From positions 23,166,053 to 23,230,052 of the forward strand of contig NC_068996.1 of NCBI RefSeq assembly GCF_001194135.2: DNA of 64,000 bases, in the 5' to 3' direction. Origin of the DNA: Octopus bimaculoides. Taxonomy: Eukaryota. Within the stretch, counting starts at the first letter, position 1. Every line of letters begins with the position of its first letter. Positions 27,701-40,500 of the stretch are shown here, piece after piece. Made by a program: the position numbers and the translations under genes. The notes beneath the pieces were generated by a model. That model saw only the letters and a list, made by a program, of their open reading frames with translations, ran no database searches and had not been told where the DNA came from.

Positions 27701-29139
27701 AGTCTCCTTCCCCCAAATTTCAGGCCTTGTGCCTTTAGTAGAAAGGATTATTATTTTTATTATTATCAATTTTTCGTAGCTGTAGGCAGTAGTTCAATTT
27801 TCACAATATCTAAATTGAGTGTTATCAATTACCTCTCCTTAATATGGAATTATAAAATAGAGGTATATTAGTGAAAAAAAAAAAAAATTAAATGGAGGTT
27901 CCAGCCATCACATTTCAGTCTTTCATTTTCAAAATTACTGTGCCGCTTTTTCCTGTTCAGACAAGGGATAAGGTGGGAATTTTTGCTGCTTTTTCTAGCA
28001 GGTCTAGTAAATGTTATGACAGTACAAGCCGTCAGAGATATAGAGAGATGATGACAGGCACGGTGCTTTTCTTTCATAGTCTAATTTATCGGGATATCAG
28101 AGCTGGCATGGGAAATACATAACAATTACTAATAAACATTTTCTAATTAACATTAGTTTACGGAAGTTCACGATCATGTATCTCACTTTGAAGAAGTATT
28201 GATAATGATTGTCCAAGACCGGATCACTTCAAATATTTTATACACAACTACCCTACTAAAATAACCCATCAGAATGAATTAAACAGCTACCACAAATTAA
28301 TTAAATAATTCACTCCCGTCGGTGGATTTGTTTCTTTCATTGTCCTGAAGAAGAGTATATATTTTAGTTTGAAAAGACTTCAAATGACAACCGCAACACA
28401 CACACACACACACACACATAATATCGGGAGAAAACTAATAGCCACTGAACTTGCTAGAAATAGCAGCAAAATGCTAAAGGTATTGATTTGATAACGGCGG
28501 CTTGAGGTACACTCTTCAGAAAAAGAAAGACAGTCTGAGACTGCGTTAATCATAGATCTGCTTAATCAGAGATTAAACAACATCAATTAAAAAATATTAC
28601 ATTTAAAATAAAAATGTAGATTTTCGATTTGGCTAACTTAATTTTCTCTTTTCAATCTCATGATTTTTCTTTTTACATTAATCAAAATCTTTTTTCACTG
28701 AAATATTTCTATTTTATGAGACATATATTACTACAGTTTATATATAACACTAGTTTTCTCTTCTTAATCAAACAACAACAACAACAAAAAGAAGAGCACT
28801 CAGAAAGCGCAAACCTCCGCCTAGGCAACACCAATGTCCTCGATTTTTTATTGCTCACAAGGGGCTAAATATAGAGGTTACACATTACAAAGACGATACA
28901 AAACATATATTCGGGGAAATAAAAGTACAAAAGAAATCGAGCAAGAAAGAAAAAATAAAAAGAAACGAATGAAATTATGAAAATGATAAAAATGAGGCGC
29001 AATGCCCACTCGGCCCACGAAGTCGAGTGGTTACATTTAGACATTATTTTGAAGTTCTTTCCTCTTTTTCCCCTCTTTTTTTAAAAAAAACTAAAAAGTT
29101 CACATAATACAGTTTTATATTTAAGAGATGAGGAATACA

Positions 29140-29270
29140 ATTATTATTTACATTATTTACATTTGACGGATATGTCCTCATCTTGTTTGTTGTTAACACA
29201 ACGTTTCGGGTGATATACCCTCCAACCTTCATCAGGTGTCTTGGGAAAATTTAGAACCTGGGTTCCCATT
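29140..29270 (-). mobile_element. Penelope-like pLTR fragment with degenerate minimal hammerhead (29196-29240)
   Basis: Minus strand gacac CTGATGA aggttggagggtatatcaccc GAAACGTT gtgtt: core and palindromic AACGTT present, stem II partly mismatched. Confidence 0.65.
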
Positions 29271-29608
29271 CTTATATTTTGATCTTTTCAGAATATTTTT
29301 GTGAATTCGTGTTGATTTTTGTGGTTTTTGTCACTGTTAACAATTATCTTTATAAAAAAAAATTTAATGTCTTATATAGATGTAATTTTTGATGCTGAAT
29401 CCGAATTTGTTATTCTTATATTCCAGAAAAATTTTGTAAAAATGTTACAGGTGTTCAAAGTTTGATAATTTTCAAAATTTTCAGCCATTCAGAAAACAGC
29501 ACGTTTGCTGCCTCTTCCCCTTATCTCGATCGATATCTGTCTTGTGGCTAATGAAAATATTACCCCAATTTTTTTGTCACAGAGGTCTAGGCCCAAAGAG
29601 AAATAATA

Positions 29609-30400
29609 ATGTCTTCAAGAAAGTACTTAAGCGGATACCAGAAATGCCAACTGAAGGAAAAGCAATCTAAAGAAATTTCTAAATGTCAAAAACTATCAAA
29701 CTATTTTACAGTGTCAAGTAAAAGTTTGTCATTACCTGCAACTGAAACAAACCGTGCAAGCACCAGTGAAGTTAATGATAGTGCACAAAGCATGAGTGCT
29801 CTGTTCAGCAATAATCAATATACTGTTGACACTTTTGGTGCAGATGATGATCATATTGGTCAAAAACTTCAAGGAAAGAGAAAGCAGGAACAGGGGAAAA
29901 GGAGGTACTACTAAAGCAGCGCGGACCCGAACGCGCAGTCGCGCTTGCTAGTCTTGAGTGGTCGATCCTAACCCTATCCCTAACCCTAACCCTAACCCTG
30001 TCCCTAACCCTATCCCTAACCCTAACCCGTGTGTGCAAATGAATACGTGTTTAGGGTTAGGGTTAGGAATAGGGTTAGGGTTAGGATCGACCACTCACAA
30101 CTAGCTAGCGCGGACGCGCGACTGCGCGTTCGGGTCCGCGCTGCTTTAGTAGTACAGGAAAAGGAAGCAAATTCAGTGATTTCGAAGAATATGGTGACCT
30201 GGCAAACTGGCCCATAACAATTGATAATGGTTTCATACAAAACTGTTTAATGCAAGACATCAGTTTTTTTTCAAAATAAAAAACCAGATAATGTATATAC
30301 TGAATCCAACAAGATTTACAAAGAGCAAAATTGAAAATTCTCAAACAAGTACTTTGAAAAATGGTCAAACTGTGATGAGATCTACTACATCCCTCTTCTC
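29609..30400 (+). pseudogene. N-terminal fragment of a hAT-type (ZMYM1/TTF-like) transposase, interrupted by a MITE
   Basis: MSSRKYLSGYQKCQLKEK start and downstream DLANWP...RKFSNKYF-like segment are typical of hAT TTF-type N-termini; contains stops and a frameshift. Confidence 0.55.
29904..30156. mobile_element. Telomere-repeat-bearing palindromic MITE, copy 1 (Merlin-like or Mutator-like)
   Basis: Termini GGTACTACTAAAG / CTTTAGTAGTACA; 9-bp TSD GGAAAAGGA at 29895-29903 and 30157-30165; inner (CCCTAA)n and (TTAGGG)n tracts. Confidence 0.9.
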
Positions 30401-31085
30401 GAATTTTCTGGCCTTGTACTTCAATTAGAAACAATTATTTATAGTATTAATATTACCATATTTTTCTGACAAGACACATCAAGCTAAGTGATGTCGTAGT
30501 CATGGCCAATGTTGGTGAAACATAAAAGGCATTCGTGCAAGTGACACGTAAAAGGCACCCAATACACTCTATGGAGTTAGGAAAGGCATCCAGCCGTAGA
30601 AACAAAGTAAAAACACACTGGAGCCTGGTGCAGCTTTCCAGTTCCAGTCGAACCGTCTAACCCGTACCAGCATGGAAAAGGAGCGTTAAATGATGATGAT
30701 GAGCCTTTGGATTCACTTGAACTACTTCCTGACAATAACATCTGTTAATTCCTCTCCGGGGAGTCATATAAGTGTGTTAGGTCGCGCAGAGAGAGAAAAA
30801 TTATTTTAAAGATTTTTAATACTAGTATATAGAGAAGAAATAGCTAACAAGAGGTGTCAACAACTGTCTCGAGCATCTAGAGAGTACTTAAGCAAGCTGA
30901 GATAACTCTTATTCGAAGTATTAGATTTCCTACAGAATTATGTCAAGTGATTAAGGTCACGTCTTAGTTTTTGAAGTTACGAAGAATTAATGTAGATAAC
31001 AGCTATGAAAGGCCTCGTCAAACATTGTTTTTATTCACATTCAGCTCTATTCCTTTAATCTCCTTAGCTGCCCGTATCCCTGCTT

Positions 31086-31143
<58 letters not shown>

Positions 31144-31635
31144 TATGCACTCGCAGACTACATCACTAGTTTAGCATTTCAGAGAGAATGAGTGTGTCAA
31201 TTTAGCTGAGAAATCGATGAGCAAGATATACGTACGAGGGAACCTCACATACCTCAAATCAAACACTACTGTCTTAAAAGAAGTTAAAACGAACATGGAT
31301 AATGTAATCCTGGATGCACATTACCCATGAAAAAGAAAGGTGACATGGACATGTCTGGAACTCCTTCGATCATAAACAATTACCGGGAAAAAAACTTGTT
31401 GCTTAGTTTAAATTTTAAACATCATTCTATGAATGATGTCTAGTCACAACTTGGCTTCCAGTGTCTTAAGTTTATTGACGCCTCAGAGTCAGAAATGTGG
31501 GACTGGCACGACTCTTGTTCTGCGAGACTGAAACAGCACACATCTAATTCTGTAGCACTTTATTATTATTATTTCTTTCTATTTTGAAACTTTGTCAAAG
31601 GAATTTATAAATCTACACACACACACAAATGTATA

Positions 31636-31702
<67 letters not shown>

Positions 31703-32150
31703 CCATTATTATTTCTAAATCTCACAGAGATATTCAGTAACAGTTCTTTAAAGTAAAGACTATTTGCCAACATATTGTGGCTGTCCTGGAAGGTACGATT
31801 GTTACTGTTGTTTAGCCCCAGGAAACATCGTTTCCAGCTGGCTAGACGACACAGTATCTGTGTCCTTATATTTTCGAATAGGGAGTCCAGCACCCCCATC
31901 CAGTACAAAGCAACATGTGAACCGGTTGCTAGGTGGCGCTGCTGAATTCCCGTTTGAAAATATATAGTTTTCAGAATGACACACAATTACTGATCTAATA
32001 ATAGAAATATTATTATTTCTAAATCTCTCAAAGAGGGATATTCAGTAACAATTCTTTAGAGTAAAGACTATTTGCCAACATAATGTGGCTGTCCTGGAAG
32101 GTACGATTGTTATCGTTGTTTAGTCCCAGGAAAAATCGTTTCCAGCTGGC
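31703..32150. repeat. Local direct duplication of about 140 bp (31703-31845 and 32010-32150)
   Basis: Near-identical attattatttctaaatctc...gtttccagctggcta segments. Confidence 0.8.
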
Positions 32151-32199
32151 TATATATATATATATATATATATATATCGCGCACACCATCACTTGTAGT

Positions 32200-32475
32200 T
32201 ACGATCGCCGATTCACAAGTACTCGTAGACGGAATTGCAGATTTCTTTTTTAAAAACAAGTCTTGAGTTGTTTGCTTAGAAGAAGCATTTTTTCGCTTTC
32301 CATAAATTTCTCGATAACACGCAGAAGCATTTGTTATGGTAGCAGAAACTTTTGCAGTTCGTTCAAAATTTAAATATTGTGCTTGAAAATTTTCAGCTCA
32401 CCATACATGAGCGAGCTGAAAATGAAACTCGTAAACCTGGGGTCTCGTAAAGCGGGTCCTCGTAAAGTGAGATGT

Positions 32476-32480
<5 letters not shown>
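32200..32480 (-). mobile_element. Tigger/pogo-derived deletion remnant
   Basis: Minus translation NASACYREIYGKRKNASSKQTTQDLFLK matches the Tigger C-terminal motif; ctcgtaaa subterminal repeats at 32428-32470. Confidence 0.6.
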
Positions 32481-32506
<26 letters not shown>

Positions 32507-33519
32507 AGTGTGTACACATGTACGCACACACCCACACATATATATCTTAAGATTACTTCCCTTCCTCAAGTGGAACTAGTTTTAATTGTCATTTGGTAAT
32601 CATGATGCGTTATTTAGAGAAAGAGAAAATCTTAATAAATCAAGAATTCATATCTTAAGGTGTTTGGCATTCTTGAATTTGTGCAGATTGTTTAAATACA
32701 TGCTAGTAGCCACTCACGGTTATTTCTCTTAGCTAATTTTTGTTTAAATAATACAAATTACCCAGGTTATAAATATGTTCTCTAGGCAATTATTGTGCAG
32801 AACCACGACTACCTTCTTATCTCCAGGCAATTAGCATGTTCTTTTCCTTAATGGCAGCTTAACTTTGGAGGATTTTTGAATCTTGATATCCTAGTCCCTC
32901 CTCAAGTGGGGCTGGTCATAATTGCCGTTTGGTAATTATGATGCATCATCGAAAGGCATAGATAATTGTCTTAAATCAAGAACTTACGTTGCAAGGTATT
33001 TGATATCCCAGCATTCGTTTCTCTTTCTATATATACATATAAACGTGCGCGTGCGTGTGTGTTATGGGTGCCACGGATCTGCTACCACAGTGGCAACGAA
33101 GTATATATGCAACTAACTACACAATCTTCCAGTGTTATTCCTGAATTATTTCGAACGGTGTTTAACGTTATTTTAATCATTCATCCTAAAATTCCATAGA
33201 TCTAGCAGGCACGTGAATAACCATGATTCTCTGATGAGGTCTAATGACATTGAAATATGTCCACAGTTGTCACCCCTGTTGTCTATAATATACTATATTA
33301 TTCTGTCTCACAGCACTACATATTTCCTATATTTAATTAAGTAGGATGTCTGGTGCAGCAATTCATTTCTGGAAATGTTTGCTAGTTTTTGTTTATATTT
33401 TTTGGGTTATCTCCCTTAACTAGGTTAACTTCAATGGACCGATGCCCAACGGTGCTGCTTCATCTCGATTCAAGTAGACTTCATTAAAATTATCATGTTC
33501 ACCGGTTAAGAAGCTCTCT

Positions 33520-34060
33520 TTGTAACCATTTGGTCTCAGGTTCAGTCCCCACTGTGTTGCACCTTGGGCAAGTGTCTTCAACTATACCCCAGGCCGACCA
33601 ACATCTTGTGGTTAGTGAATTAGGTTGGCAGAAACTGTGTGGAAGGACAAGGCATATATAGATGTCTTTGTGTTTGTTTCCTCAGCTTCATCGCTTGACA
33701 ACCAGTGTTGGTTCGTTTACTTCCCTGTAATTTAGCGGTTCGTCGAAAAGGTATGAATAGAACAAGTGGGTACTACTAAAGAAGCACGGTCCCGAACGCG
33801 CAGTCGCGCGTCCGCGCTAGCTAGTCTTGACTGGTCGATCCTAACCCTAACCCGCGTGTGCAAATGAATGTGTTTAGGGTTATGGTTAGGATCGACCACT
33901 CACGACTAGCTAGTGCGGACGCGCAACTGCGCGTTCGGGACCGTGCTGCTTTAGTAGTACCGAACAAGTGTTACACTTTAAAATTAATGGGGCGATTTAT
34001 TAGACTACACCCTTCAAAGTAGTGCCCCAGCATGGCCGCAATCCTATGACTGAAAGAAAA
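33520..34060 (+). mobile_element. Family A SINE interrupted by MITE copy 2
   Basis: Head and tail motifs lie on either side of 33769-33961. Confidence 0.75.
33769..33961. mobile_element. Telomere-repeat-bearing palindromic MITE, copy 2
   Basis: Termini GGTACTACTAAAG / CTTTAGTAGTACC; perfect 9-bp TSD GAACAAGTG at 33760-33768 and 33962-33970; shorter telomeric tracts than copy 1. Confidence 0.9.
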
Positions 34061-34668
34061 AGACGAAAGCATGTCAACATTTATTCCACTTACACACTGC
34101 TATCGTTACTTCTATCACCGCCATCATTCACCATGGTTGTTGTCGTGTCCGATCAGTCCTGATCCAGCAAACCTGGATTTAAAGCTATTCCACTTGTAAC
34201 CATTTCATTTTTTTCTTCTTTTCATTTCTTCTTCGGTATAGTAACGTCTACACTACATTATGCAGTGTCCTTTTTTTTTTTTTTTTTCCTTTTAAAGAGA
34301 TGTGATCTGATGGAAATTTGGCTGCTACTTTTTTAACAGATCCAAGGACTGACTGCATACAGACAGACATCCTCTGTGTGTGCGCGCGCGCGTGTAAAAA
34401 TCGAGAAATTCTATGGGATGTTAATGTCATCTCAAATGATGACATAATTGAAAGTAAACGTTTTAAAAAGAAACGGTCTATCTTCATCGATTGTATAAGA
34501 GATAGTCATCTTTTAGGATCTTTTATCGTCTAAATCATCTTTATACAACATCAAAAAGCTTGCTTACTCATCATCGCCAATTGTATTGTCATATATAGAA
34601 TGCATATATGCGTGCATATTATAGCATGTGTAATAAACAGACACATACACGTACAATAATGCACAAAC

Positions 34669-34700
<32 letters not shown>

Positions 34701-35389
34701 ATATATATATATATCGTAGTATAAAATAATAATAATGGAGTGGAGGTGAAATATATATACTATATATTTCATACTTGCGCTTATGTTATAATGAGATATA
34801 TGAGGCCTTACATCATTTGTCTCCTTATGTTAAAAAATCATAACCTATCTACTGGTTCAGTTCCTTAGAGATCGATAAAAATAAGTACCTGGCTGAAATA
34901 ATTACTACAATCGATATAATTGATTGAAGTATGCCCTGGTATGACCGAAGTGGAACGATTGAGAATGACTTAGTAGAAGACTATATATATATATATATAT
35001 ATATAATATTGTATTATTATGAGAAATTATGTAGTACTGTCTAAGAGACAGAAAATAAGAGGCGTTGAATATAAAGCATAATGATTGATTGATTGCTCAT
35101 TAGATATGTACTAAGCTAACTATGTATGTCTGTGGCGAAGCTAAGAACATATATAATGAGTTATAAAATACGTATAGACAGAAAGTGGAAAGCATTGGCT
35201 ATGTAGATCTTTCTTTTATTTGCTTATAGTCAAACAAGTCGACCCCCCCCCAGCACTTGCATTTTAAGCTTGGTACTTATTCTATCGAACTGTTCTGCCG
35301 AACCACTAAGTTAAGGGGATGTAAACAAACCAACACCGGTTGTCAAGCTGTGGTGAGGACAAACACTTAAGGCCTATATATATTATACA

Positions 35390-37300
35390 ATCGCGCGCAC
35401 ACAGGTACCGTTTGAAAGTTGTGGGGTCTTTTTCTACTTTAATTTGTTTGGGGATAACACTGAAAAGTGCAGGACCATTTGCAGTGAAGAAATTGTGTTG
35501 CAATGTGATGTGATCTCGACCTTTGTAGGGGACGCATTGCACGGGGGATTGCATTCGATGAATTGTAAACATAATCCCGATATCATTTGGATAATATTGG
35601 TGGAATATTTTCCAATTGTTGGAACTAATGTATCGCTCACAGCGGCGTTGCAGAGGATAGAACTTCAGCTGTTTAAGTCGAGTCCAGTAATCAAGTCTCA
35701 TCATGCCATTTATTTTGTTTTGTTTTTTTTTTTGTGATTTTATAATAGGAGGCAAAGTTCACGATATCGGATGAATATCGCCTTCTCCCATTAAAATTGT
35801 TCTTTGTGTTGTTTCAGGCTCCAGCAAGCGAGGAAATAAGTCTCAAGAGGAAATGCAAATTCACAACCAGTTTTATTTACATAGTTACACAGAATAAATT
35901 ATGTGTGTCGCTCTCAGTATACCATCTCAAGCTGTGTACGTTTCGTTGTATATCCGTTAACGCGAGCCCATTACCTCTGGAGATACGACTTACAGACAGG
36001 ACTAGCCTGGAGACCCAACCAGTGAATATGTGTGTTCAGCAAGCGCTTGCGGTGAAGGAGATACTGTCTCACGTGACTTTATTAGAAGGTTGCGATTGAT
36101 TGGGTTGCATATTGGCGCGCAATAGGACAAGAGACAAGTTGCGCCAATACCAACCAATCAGATTAGTGAACACAACAGGGTCCAAAAGGGCGGCCGAAAG
36201 CTAGCTGTTATCCACTACGTCCGTATTTATGTATATATAACAGAGAGAGAGAGAGAGGATGACACGCTGTAGATCTGTGTTGCGCTTCGATCTTCATTAT
36301 GTCTTGTTTTTTGTTGTTGTTGTTTTGTTTTTGTTTGTAGGGGGGGGGCACAATGGGCAACAGTATTGGAGGTAGGGCCTAGCGAATAAGGAGAAGAGAG
36401 GGATGATGGTTTCATGATCCTAGATTGGAAAGTTCTGAGGATCCATGAGCACATTCTGCGGGCAACATCGACTTTTTTGTTGATGTGCACACTCCAACTA
36501 AGGTTGCTGTCGACAGTCACACCTAGGTCTCTGATTTTATCCGACGGTTCAAGGTCTCCCGACGGTAGCGTGTGTAATTGTTTGAGTGTGCCCTCTTCCA
36601 AAGTGGATGAGCTCAAATTTTTCTTCGTTCAACTGCATGTTATTTGTGTGTGTGTGTGTGTGTGTTCCACTGGGTTACTGCGCATAGGTCCGATTGAAGC
36701 AGAAGCATTGTTTGATCATATGCTTCCTTAATGACTTTCTGGAGCTTAGAGTTATCAGCAAATATTTTTATGGTGCTTTGCTCAATGGAATCTGTAATGT
36801 CATTGATATAGACAATAAAAAGAAGTGGACCCAGCACGGTACCCTGCGGGACTCCGCTGATGACTTTTGCTGGTCTTGAGTAGATGCCATCAACCACAAC
36901 ATGCTGGGTCCTGTTTGTTAGGAAATACCCAATCCATTGCAGTAGCTTTCGACCGATTCTAGTGTTGGATAGTTTCTTTAACAGTATATGGTGGCCGACT
37001 CTATCAAAGGCCTTGCTGAAATCAAGGTATATGACATCAGAATTGGAGCCCTCACTTAGTGCATTTAAGATGTCATAAAAGTGGTGGGGGAGTTGTGTTA
37101 GACAGTCCCTCCCACCACAAAAGCCATGCTGGTTGTAATTTAGATTATTTTGTTCTAGGAAGGCTGTTATTCTTGATCTCAACACGCTCAAATACTTTGA
37201 CGATATGAGTTGAGTGAGATTGGATGATAGTTTACAGGGAGCGATTTATTCCCCCTTTTAAAGATAGGAACGACTGACAAGGAGAGGTTTTGATGGATAA
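35390..37300 (-). mobile_element. CR1-clade LINE ORF2 remnant (reverse transcriptase and C-terminus), interrupted
   Basis: 36640-37191: QHGF, YLDFSKAFD, SGVPQGTVLGPLLF, IFADNSK. 36227-36616: RDLGVTVDSNLSW. 35400-35750: LDYWTRLKQLKFYPLQRRCERY. 37200-37295: VVPIFKRGNKSLPVNYHPISL. Confidence 0.9.
35807..36230 (-). mobile_element. Unclassified insertion inside the CR1 element, possibly a solo LTR
   Basis: CpG-rich block with CCAAT boxes; on the minus strand AATAAA (35872-35877) is followed by a U5-like segment ending ...aacaACA. The other end and a TSD were not resolved. Confidence 0.35.
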
Positions 37301-37547
37301 TATTATATATATATATATATTGTATACAACTGGGGAAGTTATTCACAGGCACCATCCACGAGAAAAAACAATAGTTGAGTTAGTGATAATATATCTAATG
37401 TAAATAAATATGCAAAAAGAAAGAAAAAAAAAGCAAAATGCTCACTGTTCTAATTATCTCAACGCTAACTCAATCTTTGTAGAGGATGCAACTGCAAAGG
37501 AAATACTCGTTGACGCCTTCTACTTAAAAAACAACTAGTCAAGTCAC

Positions 37548-37572
37548 CGCTCCCATTGTTTTGATGCGCCAT
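37548..37572 (-). CDS. Candidate first coding exon (MAHQNNGS, phase-1 donor) in a CpG-rich promoter-like region
   Basis: gaaaATGGCG (strong invertebrate start context and YY1-like motif) followed by donor gcg|gtgact at 37547. Short, so it could be chance. Confidence 0.3.
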
Positions 37573-40500
37573 TTTCTATCATTAACAAAACGGTCGGCAT
37601 TTTTGACAGCACGGATTTGCTAGTTATGAACCAAGAAATTTAATTCACAAGTTAAAATTATACTGAAGGTGGGGGGTGGGATCCGTTTATTTTCAGAATT
37701 CGTCGAGGCGATTCCTCAAAACTTGTAAGAGTCTGTGTATGTGTGTGCGTTTGTCTTACGTCATATTTTTAGTAAAAATCTTAGGTCTCTTCCAACAATA
37801 AAATCACTTCTAATCAGTTAATCACACACAAGTTTGCGATCAAATAAATTATAATATAAATTGCCGCACCTATTATTGTTCAAAGGAGAAAAGGTTTAGC
37901 TTTATTGGTACTCTGTGAACTTACAACTGGTGCCAATAGACCTGGTCTAGCAGTCACACATAAATGTAAACAAATTTTATGTAAAACACTCCTGCACACA
38001 TATACACACGCGCGCGCGCACATAGAAAGTAATAATAAAGTAAATTTATTGTTGCAGTTTATTTAGATCCTTCGTAGGTCAATTTACAAGAGACAAACAT
38101 TCGGGTGGTACAAATGAGAATGGCCTACTTCACGACAGGCACTAGTATGTCTGAATGGGCAGTGTTGTTTGTATGCAGTGAGTATAATACATTTTATACA
38201 TAGATATAGTATCGAACTTCTTATCCGGCTTCCAGAATTTCCAGAAAAAAAAAAACGCAATAACGAGAAATATACTGAAGTTAGTTAATATACATCCGGT
38301 GTGTCAAAAAAAAAAATTGTTTTACTCTCTTGAGTAGGTAAAGATTAAACGTACACTGCTTTAGAATTGCATTAATTTGTATCTATTAAGTAAAGTATGT
38401 TTTTATTTTTACTTTCCTTCGTTCAATTTTCATCCCATAAATATACTGTATACATGATACATTAAGGTTTATTTAAGAAATTTTCAGTATTTCAATAAAT
38501 ATCAAACAGACCCTGCTTTTGGAAGTATATTAAATTCTATCTGTTAAATGCAATTTAGTTCTTGACTTTTCATATTTTATTCTATATCTTAAATATATGT
38601 ATTTAGACTGTCTCCAGAAATCCGGGACACTTCCGGTACCATGCTTGCCGGATAAGTAGTCCGGTATATATACACATATATATTACATACATATGACTGA
38701 ACTCTTTCTGTTAACCGGCACAAGCTCATCCGTAGGGCCAGTTGAAAAAATATATTTTTCATGGCATTTTAGAAATTTCGGTAAACTTCAAATGATGCGT
38801 TCTTAATGGAAAAATCTGACGGAGATAAAACTATAAATAATAGCATGTTGATAAACATTATGTTTAATAACCCTTTCTACCCGTAGGACTGAACCCACAT
38901 TCTATATAAACATGACAAACGTTCTACCATTGGATAGGCAGCTTTCGAGTTTTTTCTTATCTGAAGGTCTTTTTTAACCCAATATTTATTTACATGCTAT
39001 TATTTATAACTTTATCTACTTCAAGTCCTTCCATTAAAAACGAATGCTTCTTTCACTCTATTTGCATCCCACTTGTATTGAATAGTCCTTTGAACGATGT
39101 GTGAGCGCGTGTACACGTACATATGTATATATTAAACATGAGTATCTGTCTGTCTTTCCACCTGGCTATTTTTAATTATTTATCTATTTATTAACTTTTA
39201 CAATGAAAAAGTTGACAGTGACATCAGAATGATTGCGGCTCGCAATTCGACTTCGAAGTAACTGTCATCCTTCTTGTAAAAAGTTAACTATATACTCTAT
39301 CAGATAAAAGAAAAAAGGATCCTTCAATCTAAAGTTTGATTTCATATATAACTCGACATAAAAACATCAATCACTCAATCATTCTACGCAAAGACACGTC
39401 AATAATTTTATTTTAATTTTGCAGATGTTGGGAACTACTGGATAGATAAAAATCTGTTTTTAAAAAATCATGTTCTGTTTTTAAAAAGAATCATCGTTAC
39501 TAGCAATTTAAAAAATATTTATTTGCTGTTTAATCCCCAGGTATAACCACGACCGAACAGACCTTTCATCAAAGGCATTCCAACCGTGTCCATCCTGTCT
39601 TTTTTTATACCTTGGCATTGTGTATTTTGTCACTCCCAGTTTTAAAGATAGCTTAATTTTGCTGCTATTACTAACAGGTCTAACAACTCTCTTAAAGGTA
39701 GCGAGCTTAGTTTCAAACAACAAAGCTTGTTGCTGGTCACATACTTATCAAACCACCTATCCATTCAGTTATTTCACTGATGGTGGCAGCAACATCAACT
39801 ACATTTACTGTTGTCACAGCAACTGCTGTTGTAGTTATACACAGTATATACTATACCGGGATATATTGTTATATAGTTCTTTTATCCTTTACTTGTCAGT
39901 CACTGGACTGTAATCATGCTGAGGCATAGCCCTTCAAAGCTTTTAGTCGAACAAATCGACCCCAGTACGTTTAAAAAAAAAATCGACACCCGGTTGTCAG
40001 TCGTAGTTGGGTAGAGAAACACAAGCGCGAACAATACACACGTCAAGCTTCTTTCAGTTTCTGCCCATCAAATCCACTCACGAGACTTTCGTCAGCCCGG
40101 AGACTAGGATAATGGAAGACACTTTCCCAAGGTGTCGTGCAATGAGACTGAATTTGAGACAATGTAGTTGGGAAGCAAATTTCTTCCACAGAGCCATGCC
40201 TGTGCTTGTATTTATCAAGTGTATATACACACACACAATTGGCGTAGCTGTGTGTTAAGAAGTTTGCTTCCCAACCAGATGGTTCCGAGTTCAGTCCCAC
40301 TGTGTGGCACCTTAGGCAAGTGTATTCTACTATAGCTTCGGGCTGACTAAAGCCTTGTAAGTGGATTTGGTATATATATATAAATATATACATACACATA
40401 TATATATTTGTGTGTGTCTGTGTTCGTCTCCCACCATTGCCTGACAACCGATGATGGTGTGTTTACATCTTCATGACTTAGTTCGGCAAAACAGATTGAT

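Noticed and set aside
29960-30090. Ancient telomere-telomere fusion or true chromosome end
   Set aside because: The tracts sit inside TIRs with a 9-bp TSD, recur at 33.8 kb, and their orientation (CCCTAA then TTAGGG) is opposite to an end-to-end fusion.
29904-30156. TA or GTAC TSD (Tc1/mariner) reading of the telomeric MITE
   Set aside because: Both copies show distinct exact 9-bp flanking duplications outside the GGTAC termini.
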